This document shows, in pieces, positions 8,200-15,387 of a DNA stretch of 32,000 bases. The stretch is taken from positions 1 to 32,000 of the forward strand of contig DASZXI010000077.1 of the NCBI GenBank assembly GCA_035545955.1, written 5' to 3'. Source of the DNA: Candidatus Didemnitutus sp. (GTDB lineage: Bacteria; Verrucomicrobiota; Verrucomicrobiia; Opitutales; Opitutaceae). Each line of letters starts with the position of its first letter. The stretch's first letter is position 1. Below the pieces are notes generated by a model, which was not told where the DNA came from, ran no database searches, and saw only the letters and a list, made by a program, of their open reading frames with translations. The position numbers and the translations under genes are program-made.

Positions 8200-8970
8200 T
8201 CACTGTCCCAGGAACGACCAATCCTGATCCGGGAACCTCTGTTCGAGTGACGCCCGCAATTCGGACCCCGCGGTACGGAGATCCACGGCCGCCTTCTGCG
8301 CTTCGAACAATGCCTCGGCAACCTTCTCGGCTTGATTCCTCAGGGCCTCCTCCTTCGCAGCACGTTTCTCCATGCTCTTCCCGATAACCGAAAGACTCGA
8401 CGCCACCAATCCCGGAACATTTCCCTGAACCGTGGCCGACACGATCTCAAAAAGCGGAGCCAGATCCGGTGGGCTCGCCTTTTCCTTCAATCCTTCTCGG
8501 GTGAGTTCGGCAAGTCGCCCCTCCTCGAGAAAAAGCTGCATCCGCTTCCCCATAGACGTCTGGCGAAGAGCCACTGCCTGGGCAGCTTGCGGATCAACCC
8601 CTCTTGCCCCGATGTTCCCAATCTGCCGCTGCGCCTCGCCGTATATATCGGTCAGCACGTGAAATCTCTGGGCAAGAAGGTTCCAATAAATTTCCTCCTC
8701 TAATCGGATCTCACGCATCTCCGGACCGAACGGTGCAACCGGTCGTCCCTTGGTAGTGGTCGTCGGAGCGACCGGTCTCTCGATCCGCGGGAGTACAGCG
8801 AGCTTGGCGTGCAGGTCGTGGGAGATCGAGATGTAGGTTTCGAGATACAATTTGGTTCGCGATCCGTCGTCGCGGGTGCAACAAGCCATGAAAACAAAGG
8901 CGATACAGAGCCCGCCCCAAAGCGCCCAATGCGGAACGGCCGGTTTCTTCACGACGGAGCAGCAAGCCAC
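8200..8970 (-). CDS. hypothetical lipoprotein / membrane-anchored helical protein
   Basis: 256-aa ORF with a GTG start. The N-terminus 'VKKPAVPHWALWGGLCIAFVFMAC' looks like a signal peptide with a lipobox-like FMAC. The remainder is Ala/Glu/Leu-rich, consistent with helical or coiled structure. I recognise no family. Confidence 0.6.
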   Translation of the reverse strand: MACCSVVKKPAVPHWALWGGLCIAFVFMACCTRDDGSRTKLYLETYISISHDLHAKLAVLPRIERPVAPTTTTKGRPVAPFGPEMREIRLEEEIYWNLLAQRFHVLTDIYGEAQRQIGNIGARGVDPQAAQAVALRQTSMGKRMQLFLEEGRLAELTREGLKEKASPPDLAPLFEIVSATVQGNVPGLVASSLSVIGKSMEKRAAKEEALRNQAEKVAEALFEAQKAAVDLRTAGSELRASLEQRFPDQDWSFLGQ

Positions 8971-9021
8971 GCGTTAAAGCGATCGCCCGCAACGAATGCG
9001 ATCACCAAGCAGCGACAAGAA

Positions 9022-9411
9022 TCATTCGATCGCACCGTTAGCTACCTCCCGTTCAGTCGACTGAGCGGTCGCTGGACGCACCGGAGTCTCATCGATCACG
9101 TTCCACTCAAAGACCTCGCCGTCTTTCATCCGGACGCCGTAATATCCGACGAGCGAGCTTCCGTGCCAGTCATCTGGCGCTGTTTCATCACCGCGGTGGA
9201 GGTCGACAACCCAATACCCTTTCCGCACGACAGCAACGCCGCACCAATACGCCCCAGGTCCGTTTTCGTTTGCGAGGTGCAGTCGCGAACCAGCGGCCCG
9301 GACGACTTCGCACGCCTTGTGTTCCGTGGTCACGGGACTATCGGATTTCGTCGCGGCCACGGCGAGTTGCGCCGAGAACGACAACAAAATGATGAGCGAC
9401 CGCAGCTTCAT
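9022..9411 (-). CDS. hypothetical secreted protein
   Basis: I chose the ATG at 9409-9411, which gives the signal peptide MKLRSLIILLSFSAQLAVAA. This start overlaps the upstream gene's stop as ATGA (9408-9411). Confidence 0.65.
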   Translation of the reverse strand: MKLRSLIILLSFSAQLAVAATKSDSPVTTEHKACEVVRAAGSRLHLANENGPGAYWCGVAVVRKGYWVVDLHRGDETAPDDWHGSSLVGYYGVRMKDGEVFEWNVIDETPVRPATAQSTEREVANGAIE

Positions 9412-9815
9412 GACTTCTTCCGATAAAGGTACAGCACGCCCAATTCGTCTATCTTTCCGGTCTTCTTCCATTGGGCGAACGCCTTGATCGTCCAGAGAAC
9501 CGGTGTGCCCCGAAGCACCCTTGGCACGCGCTCCGGATCGTGCAGTCCCTGCGCATCAAGGAGAATATGGTCACCAATGATTTTCACGGATCCGGTAATC
9601 GGCGGAGGCTCTGCTCCGACCACGTCTGTAAAATACGTTCGCCGGAAACTGTCCTCGTGGATTTCCACGACCTCGCCCGCGAACCAGCTGTGGGTGGGGT
9701 CCGGGACGTAAGTTCCGTCAGACACAAGCAAACCCTCGAAAGACCTGGAGCCCGATGCGGCGAGTCCGAGCAGTGATAGCGCAGCAGCCACCATAAGAAT
9801 CCGAAGTCCTCTCAT
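9408..9815 (-). CDS. hypothetical secreted protein
   Basis: I chose the ATG at 9813-9815, which gives the signal peptide MRGLRILMVAAALSLLGLAASG. The 61-aa extension in the ORF track has no support. Confidence 0.65.
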   Translation of the reverse strand: MRGLRILMVAAALSLLGLAASGSRSFEGLLVSDGTYVPDPTHSWFAGEVVEIHEDSFRRTYFTDVVGAEPPPITGSVKIIGDHILLDAQGLHDPERVPRVLRGTPVLWTIKAFAQWKKTGKIDELGVLYLYRKKS

Positions 9816-9949
9816 AATTTTTCTTTCGTCTTCGTCCCGATGAAGAGCGCGATCAAGCAAGCCGCAGCGGACGCCAGACAAATCGCCGCTGCGACCGCAT
9901 CCTTGTCCCCGATGAACAAGGCGACCACGACTACGAACGGGACAAACAA
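9812..9949 (-). CDS. candidate 45-aa two-TM micro-protein (absent from the ORF track, below its size cut-off)
   Basis: Hand translation from TTG at 9947-9949 gives (M)FVPFVVVVALFIGDKDAVAAAICLASAAACLIALFIGTKTKEKL*. That is two hydrophobic stretches separated by GDKD, with a basic tail. Its TGA overlaps the next gene's ATG as ATGA (9812-9815). An alternative GTG start lies at 9926-9928. Confidence 0.35.
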   Translation of the reverse strand: MFVPFVVVVALFIGDKDAVAAAICLASAAACLIALFIGTKTKEKL

Positions 9950-10356
9950 GGTGAGACAGATCTGGTATCAGCACCGCAAAGCACTGGATGAACTTCATTG
10001 AGGGACTTCACTGGAATTGCACGTTTCGCCCGACCAATCGCTGAAGCGACAAGCTCGCATTGGTCCATGTCAATCCAATCGGTGTGAGCGATGGTGGCCC
10101 ATTTTCGCCACGCAATACAAAGTCCAATGCATGGCCCAAGACCCGTCGTGAAGAACCGAATTGATTGAGCGCAGACTGCAAATTCGCTCTGAAATACCCG
10201 TCGAGACTTTCCCGGCGCAGGAGAAAATGGTGCGGCCGCTCTCCTCACTAATGTCCTAGACTTCCTCGCGAGCCGTTTCCATTCGAGGCTGTTCGGAGTC
10301 AATCTCCACCGCTCTGCGCTGTCCGTCATGCCGGTGAGCAATGATTTACCGTTCAC
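9931..10356 (-). CDS. hypothetical 141-aa protein
   Basis: It is the only ORF covering this interval. The GTG start overlaps the upstream stop as GTGA (10353-10356), and an alternative ATG lies at 10327-10329. GC3 is about 75% in the first 32 codons by hand count, which favours coding. No signal peptide is seen and I recognise no family. Confidence 0.45.
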   Translation of the reverse strand: MNGKSLLTGMTDSAERWRLTPNSLEWKRLARKSRTLVRRAAAPFSPAPGKSRRVFQSEFAVCAQSIRFFTTGLGPCIGLCIAWRKWATIAHTDWIDMDQCELVASAIGRAKRAIPVKSLNEVHPVLCGADTRSVSPCLSRS

Positions 10357-10865
10357 TTCGCCTTCTCGAGGAGCACCTTTTTCTGCGCTTCGAATTCGGC
10401 GTCTGTGATCAGGCCCTTCTTCCGTAGCTCATCGAGCTTTGTGATCTCGGTGTACAGGTCGAACGGTTTGGCGCTATCCTTGCCTTTGTCACCTGTGTCG
10501 ATCTTCACGTCGACGCTATCATGCCGCTCGACGACCTTGTCAAGGCGATCAACCATCGTGGTACGCTTTGCCTCTGGGTCCTCCTTGTCGACGACCCGAA
10601 ACTGGAGTTCGCAGTTGGCAAAATGTCCCGGAAACATGGGCGAGGAATGAAAGGTCAACGGGACCATAACCTTACCCTGCTTCGCGGCGAACGCGGCCGC
10701 GTCCCGGTAAACACCTGCCTTGAGGGCTGACTCGTTTCCGAAGATCCCGCCGTGATCGGTGCGAGCCAAAAGGTAGGTGTCGGGCGAGATGCTGACGATC
10801 TCGGGATTTGCGCAGGCCGAGAGGATGGCAACGACGGCTGCCAAGCCGATGATGCAGTAGTTCAT
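10353..10865 (-). CDS. lipoprotein with C-terminal SHOCT domain
   Basis: The ATG at 10863-10865 gives MNYCIIGLAAVVAILSAC, a signal peptide with lipobox ILSAC. The C-terminus 'ITKLDELRKKGLITDAEFEAQKKVLLEK' matches the SHOCT (short C-terminal domain) pattern. Confidence 0.7.
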   Translation of the reverse strand: MNYCIIGLAAVVAILSACANPEIVSISPDTYLLARTDHGGIFGNESALKAGVYRDAAAFAAKQGKVMVPLTFHSSPMFPGHFANCELQFRVVDKEDPEAKRTTMVDRLDKVVERHDSVDVKIDTGDKGKDSAKPFDLYTEITKLDELRKKGLITDAEFEAQKKVLLEKAK

Positions 10866-11202
10866 TGGTACGATCTCTCGCCGACCAGAGGCCCTTCTGG
10901 GAGCGACAGATGTCACACAATGGATTGAACCGGTGGATACGACAAGCTCGCTTGTCGGAACAATTCCGACATCGAAAAGTTATCACTTCCCTCCTCCGAT
11001 TTGCCGGAGCGGAGTCAAGGGAGCCTCGGCCCTTGGGCACGGAAGGGGCGCGGCACCCCGACCGGCCAGGCGGGGCTGGTGCCACTACTCCTCACGCATC
11101 GGCGCCGCAGACAATTGCGAGTTTGAACTGGCGACAACCGACGACGCGATTCACTTCGTCGGCGATGACCAAAGATTCCCCAACTCGTTATTCCCCAGAG
11201 AG

Positions 11203-11284
11203 TGCCCGGGCCGAGACTTGAACTCGGACGCCTTACGGCAATGGCTTCTAAGACCATCGTGTCTGCCAATTCCACCACCCGGGC
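11203..11284 (-). tRNA. tRNA-Leu (anticodon UAG), class II, CCA not encoded
   Basis: The reverse complement folds as follows: acceptor stem GCCCGGG/CCCGGGC; D arm GTG-GAATTGGCAGA-CAC; anticodon stem ATGGT/GCCAT with loop CTTAGAA; long variable arm TGCCGTAAGGCGT; T arm CCGAG-TTCAAGT-CTCGG; discriminator A. Total length is 82 nt. Confidence 0.95.
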
Positions 11285-11290
11285 CCTGGA

Positions 11291-11325
11291 AATTTTCGAT
11301 TTTGGATTGCGGATTTTGGATTCCC
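11291..11325. repeat. heptad repeat (GATTNNN)x4-5, left arm of a long-range inverted pair
   Basis: aattttc gattttg gattgcg gattttg gattccc. 11291-11308 is the exact reverse complement of 11635-11652. Confidence 0.8.
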
Positions 11326-11620
11326 CGAACCCGACTTTCGAGAGTGGGATTTCGGATTTTCGACGGCCTGACGCAAGCGTGGAGTGGCTGCGCCTCGAAC
11401 CGGCATGACTTGAACCACGGAGGTCTTTAACCACGGATTTCACGGACGGCACGGATTCCCCCAACCCAAGCGCGTTGAATTGACGCGCTTTCCGCTTCCC
11501 GGATCTCGCTTCTTCTTCCGGCATTCCGCGTCCCGCTCACGTCACCCTGCTCACTGTTTTTGAACCACGGAGGCACAGAGACAAGGCCCTCATCCCGTCC
11601 CCGCCGCCTCTCGGATCAGC

Positions 11621-11655
11621 AATCCCAAATCGAGAATCCAAAATCGAAAATTACC
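11621..11655. repeat. heptad repeat (AATCNNN)x4-5, right arm of the inverted pair
   Basis: aatccca aatcgag aatccaa aatcgaa aattacc. It ends 6 nt before the FG-GAP gene stop codon (11661-11663). Confidence 0.8.
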
Positions 11656-11660
11656 TCGTC

Positions 11661-12404
11661 CTATTGACTGAACAAAATGGTGACCTTCGAGTCCGATTGA
11701 TTGACGACGATGATGTCGTCCCGCCGGCCACCGTTGAGATCGGCCACCGCAAGCAATTCCGGTTCATGCTTTAGATCGATGGTCGCCGCCACCCGCATGG
11801 TGCCGTCCGCGCCCTCCAGCACGGTGAGGGTATTGTCGACGTCGTTGGCCACGACGATGTCCGGCACATCGTCGCCGTTCACATCGCCCACCGCCACCGC
11901 GTGCGTTCCGCGTCCGGCGGGAAACGGTGAGCCGCGCATCGGACGCGATTGTCCGGTCGCCTGCCCCATTTCCACGTAAATTGACCGCCTGGCCTCCCCC
12001 GCATCGGTGGCTTTGCAGGCCAACACCGCATCGACCACGCGGTCATGGTTCAGGTCGGCGAAAGCTACCATCGATGGCCGCTGCTCGATGCGGTAAGGCG
12101 CCATAGGCGACGGCACAAAGCCGCCATTCCCGTCACACCAGTAAGTCCGCACCTCGTCGCCGATCACGGTCAGGTCGTCGCACCCATCGTGATTCATGTC
12201 GCCGATGATCACCGTTTCGGAATTCTCGACGTGCAGGTTCGACTTCACGAGTGTTTCGCGAAATCCGCCCGTGCCGTCCCCGAGTGCGACCGCCAGATCG
12301 CAGTCCGGCAATCCCGCCAGCAACACGCTCAGGTGACCGCTGCGGTCAAACCGGCCCACGCCCTCCAAATGGGGAGTAACGGCGAGCTTTCGGACCCAGA
12401 TCAA
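11661..12404 (-). CDS. FG-GAP/VCBS-repeat protein, apparently lacking its N-terminus
   Basis: Repeated 'DLN.D...D..V', 'GD(V/M)N(G/H)D..(P)D', 'GNGG(F)' FG-GAP-like Ca-binding motifs are present. The only canonical start is TTG at 12402-12404. The frame stays open and FG-GAP-like (DIDRVIDVALGNGEDGF) upstream to a stop at 12528-12530. There is no signal peptide. Confidence 0.55.
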   Translation of the reverse strand: MIWVRKLAVTPHLEGVGRFDRSGHLSVLLAGLPDCDLAVALGDGTGGFRETLVKSNLHVENSETVIIGDMNHDGCDDLTVIGDEVRTYWCDGNGGFVPSPMAPYRIEQRPSMVAFADLNHDRVVDAVLACKATDAGEARRSIYVEMGQATGQSRPMRGSPFPAGRGTHAVAVGDVNGDDVPDIVVANDVDNTLTVLEGADGTMRVAATIDLKHEPELLAVADLNGGRRDDIIVVNQSDSKVTILFSQ

Positions 12405-12609
12405 GGCGTCACGCGGCTCCCGACGATGCAGGAAATGAAATTCCCGATGCGGCCTGATGAATCCGTCCTCGCCGTTGCCCAGAGCAACGTCAATGACCCG
12501 ATCGATGTCGGTGGGCCCGATCGGACGGGGTCAGGCTTTGCTCAGTGCGGCCGGCTTCACACCATTGAATCGACCTTCTCAATTCCTGCATTTTCGTCGT
12601 TGCCGAGCG

Positions 12610-13551
12610 TCATCTGACCTCTGACTTCTGACCGCTGACCGCGGTCCCCAGCCGTTCCCCCATCCGCGCATAGACCTCGGTCTGCCGCGCGCTCTGCTCG
12701 AGAAAATCCTCGTCGAAACGGATTCGATCTTTCTGAAAAAGGGTGATCACGCAGGAACCGCCGAAGCGGAAAAGGCCCTTCTCGTCGCCTTTCGCCACCT
12801 CTTTGCCGGGCGAAAATGTCTCGAGGATGCTGCCGACCATCGTCGCTCCGACCTCTACCATCGCGACGCGCCCGAATTGGGGCGACTCGATCACCGTCAC
12901 CATGCGCTTGTTTTCCCACAAATAGGCCAGATTCCGCCGGAGCGCGATCGGCGACACCGAGTAGAGCCAGCCGTTGATCAGGCGCGACTCACCGGGAGTT
13001 CCCGCCACGGGAAAATGAAAACGGTGGTAGTCGACGGGACACAGCCGGGAAATCAGGATCGACCCGCCGGCGAACTCCCGCGTCAAATTTCGCTCCGCCT
13101 CCGGCCGGTCGCTCTCGCCGAAAAGTCCGGCGAGCGAGAACCGCTGGCCTTTCACGTAGTAGCCTTCCTGCGCGCCGACATCGGCGAAGGCCAGGTGACG
13201 CCCGTCGGCTGGCAGCACTGCGACGCCGTCTCCTGTGACAATCGGGCGCGCCGTGGATTTCAGGGCGCGATAAAAGAAGTCGTTGAACGTCTTGAAGACG
13301 AACGGACTCTTCACGAACTCGTCCACATCGACGTCATAGGTGCTGATGAAGGGCAGCACGCGCTGGGCACTGAACCGGCGGTTCATCTGCCAGCCGTAGA
13401 GTCGCGAGAGCAACGCGCGCTTGACGACGATCTCCAGCGTCAGCCGGCCCAGCGGATTTCCGTAGGTCCACCGCAGCCAGCGATCGCCGTAGATGGTCTC
13501 GATCTCAATCTTTTGGCGCGCGCGATGAAAATACTGGACGGGCTCGGTCAT
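12610..13551 (-). CDS. psd: phosphatidylserine decarboxylase proenzyme
   Basis: 313-aa ORF with an ATG start. 'CPVDYHRFHFP', 'NKRMVTV', 'VEVGATMVGSI' and the self-cleavage region 'FRFGGSCV' (G-S site) are present. It lies 7 nt downstream of the ClC gene. Confidence 0.9.
   Translation of the reverse strand: MTEPVQYFHRARQKIEIETIYGDRWLRWTYGNPLGRLTLEIVVKRALLSRLYGWQMNRRFSAQRVLPFISTYDVDVDEFVKSPFVFKTFNDFFYRALKSTARPIVTGDGVAVLPADGRHLAFADVGAQEGYYVKGQRFSLAGLFGESDRPEAERNLTREFAGGSILISRLCPVDYHRFHFPVAGTPGESRLINGWLYSVSPIALRRNLAYLWENKRMVTVIESPQFGRVAMVEVGATMVGSILETFSPGKEVAKGDEKGLFRFGGSCVITLFQKDRIRFDEDFLEQSARQTEVYARMGERLGTAVSGQKSEVR
12613..12640. repeat. heptanucleotide tandem repeat (NCTGACY)x4, overlapping the last 9 codons of psd
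   Basis: tctgacc tctgact tctgacc gctgacc, read directly. It starts immediately after the psd stop codon (12610-12612) in + strand coordinates. Confidence 0.8.
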
Positions 13552-13558
13552 CGCCGGT

Positions 13559-14887
13559 TCACGCCGTCTTCAGGCGACGATGCTGCGACCGCTCGCGCAG
13601 CGCCTCGTAAATCGGCATGTTGCCCAGCCATTCCGCCACGCCATAGGCCAGCATGCAGCTGACCAGCAGCGGGAGCATGAAATCGTAGCTGCCCGTCAGC
13701 TCGATCATCAGCACGATCCCGGTGAGCGGGGCGCGCACGATGGCGGTGAAGAGCGCGCCCATGCCCAACACGCAAAAGACGCCGGGCGTGAGCTCCGCCG
13801 GGGCGTGCGCGACCAGCAGATGCACCCCGTCGCCGAACCACAGCCCCCCCAGCGCGCCGAGGACCAGCAGCGGTGCAAAAATGCCGCCGGCAGCTCCGGA
13901 GCCATAGCTCACCATTGTCAGGGAAAAACGGGCGACGACGAAAAGGGGGATCAGGGAGGTGGCAATCCGGCCGGCGAGCGCCATCTGCACCAGGGTGCCG
14001 CCGGAACCTGCCAGGCCGGGAACCGTCCAGCCGATGAAACCGACGAACGCCCCCGCCGTCGCGCCCACGGCAAACGCCGGCCAGCGGAGCAGGCGTTCGC
14101 GCAAATCGAGCGTGGCCAGCAGGCCGCGATTGAAGGCCACGCCGATGCAGCCGGCGAGCAGCCCCAGCAGGGCGGCCCAGGGCAACGTGGCCACGCCCGG
14201 ACTGGACATGTTGCTGAGATGGAAGACCGGCAGCTCGCCAATCAGCAGACGGCTCGCGACGTCGCCCGACACCGCGGCCAGAAACGCGGCGACAAACATC
14301 ACCGGCGTGAAATTCCCATGCAGTTCCTCGAGCACGAAGATCAGGCCCGAAAGCGGTGCATTGAAGGCCGCGGCCAGGCCGGCCCCCGCCCCCGCACTGA
14401 TGAGCGCGCGTCGCTCGCCCTCGCCGGTCTTCACCCGAAACAAATCCGACACCATGTGGCCCAGCCCCGCGCCCATCTGCACCGTCGGCCCCTCGCGTCC
14501 CAGCGCCATGCCGCCGCCGATGGCGGTGACGCCGCCGAGAAATTTCACCCAGAGCATGCGACGCCACTCGGGCTCGGCCTCGCGCAGCAGGATCGCCTTG
14601 AGGTGCGGGATGCCGCTGCCGGCGGCATGCGGCGCAAATCGCCGCACCAGCCAGACGCCGCATCCGCCGCCCAGGGCTCCGATCGCCAGTGCGGAGGGAA
14701 GGCTGAACCAGCCGGAAAATCGCTCGACCAGCACATCGCGCAGATGCTCGACATTTTCCAGGCTCCAGCGAAAGGCCGAGGCGAAAATGCCGGCGACCAC
14801 GCCGACAAGAATCGCCTTAAAGACGATGTTGCGCCGTTTGACCTCGGTGCCACCGAGGCCAGTGGTGATTTCAGGAGCGGAACTCAC
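13559..14887 (-). CDS. ClC-family voltage-gated chloride channel / H+-Cl- antiporter
   Basis: 442-aa ORF with a GTG start. The canonical selectivity motifs 'GSGIPH', 'GREGPTVQMG' and 'GIFAPLL' are present, with many TM segments. Confidence 0.92.
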   Translation of the reverse strand: MSSAPEITTGLGGTEVKRRNIVFKAILVGVVAGIFASAFRWSLENVEHLRDVLVERFSGWFSLPSALAIGALGGGCGVWLVRRFAPHAAGSGIPHLKAILLREAEPEWRRMLWVKFLGGVTAIGGGMALGREGPTVQMGAGLGHMVSDLFRVKTGEGERRALISAGAGAGLAAAFNAPLSGLIFVLEELHGNFTPVMFVAAFLAAVSGDVASRLLIGELPVFHLSNMSSPGVATLPWAALLGLLAGCIGVAFNRGLLATLDLRERLLRWPAFAVGATAGAFVGFIGWTVPGLAGSGGTLVQMALAGRIATSLIPLFVVARFSLTMVSYGSGAAGGIFAPLLVLGALGGLWFGDGVHLLVAHAPAELTPGVFCVLGMGALFTAIVRAPLTGIVLMIELTGSYDFMLPLLVSCMLAYGVAEWLGNMPIYEALRERSQHRRLKTA

Positions 14888-14951
14888 CCGACCAATAACG
14901 GGGCGCAGGCCGCTCGCTTCAAGAGGAAAGGCAGGAGCGGCAAAATGCCTC

Positions 14952-15304
14952 GGTGTTGCCGGGGCATCAGACCCCGGAGTTTCGGACGTGTCACCTTCGG
15001 CGCGGGTGCGTACCGGGCCCTCCGGACCCGGCTACATCAATCATGCAACCCGTGAATCGCCGCCTTACTCCAGCAGCAACATCGCTCTTTGGTGTAGCCG
15101 GGGGCGTCCGCCCCCGGTCGGTCCGCGCAACCGCTCCGGAATCGGACCGGGCCCTGCGGACCCGGCTACATCAATCCTGCAACCCGTGAATCGCCGCCTT
15201 ACCCCAGCGGCAACATCGCCCTTTGGTGTAGCCGGGGGCGTCCGACCCCGGTCGATCCGCGCAACCGTTCCGGAACCGGGCCGGGCCCTTCGGACCCGGC
15301 TACA
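14952..15304. repeat. tandem array (about 2.6 copies) of a 134-bp REPIN-containing unit, left of the RAYT
   Basis: Copies are 14952-15090 (degenerate), 15091-15224 and 15225-15304 (truncated). Each unit has a forward REP GTAGCCGGGGGCGTCCG(C/A)CCCCGG. It also has a reverse REP whose complement reads GTAGCCGGGTCCGCAGGGCCCGG. Confidence 0.9.
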
Positions 15305-15387
15305 ATTCCAATTCAAGCACGAATCTTCCAGCCATTGAGGGAAAATGAGTCTTCGCCTGCCACGCCACCATTCCATTGATCCATGCC

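Larger units (their letters stand above)
6151..11284. mobile_element. tRNA-Leu-associated genomic island (~5.1 kb) without a recognisable integrase
   Basis: A direct repeat of the tRNA 3' half lies at both ends. GC is lower in hand counts (32/60 in line 7261-7320 versus 39/60 in line 13561-13620). The content is phage-related and hypothetical genes only. Confidence 0.75.

Noticed and set aside
10866-11202. Search for an integrase remnant in the 337 nt between the island's first gene and the tRNA
   Set aside because: I translated all frames by eye. No tyrosine-recombinase box (R..H..R..Y region, 'HDLRH'-like) or any other recognisable fragment appeared. Only a 7-bp hairpin (CCGACGA 11138-11144 / TCGTCGG 11156-11162) was found.
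11015-11524. 169-aa minus-strand ORF across the tRNA-Leu gene, and 6024-6521 (-) across the orphan half-tRNA
   Set aside because: Both read straight through tRNA-derived sequence and low-complexity repeats, with no protein motifs.
14888-14951. Fluoride (crcB-motif) riboswitch upstream of the ClC gene
   Set aside because: The ClC has canonical chloride-type motifs (GSGIP/GREGP), not the fluoride-clade variants. The 64-nt leader shows none of the conserved riboswitch segments I remember.
13548-15338. ORFs 13580-15055 (+), 13959-15338 (+) and 13548-14663 (-) overlapping the ClC gene
   Set aside because: These are alternate-frame or antisense ORFs with Arg/Pro/Ala-rich products. Only the 13559-14887 minus frame shows ClC motifs (GSGIP, GREGP). 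The 3' parts of the + ORFs simply translate the 134-bp repeats.
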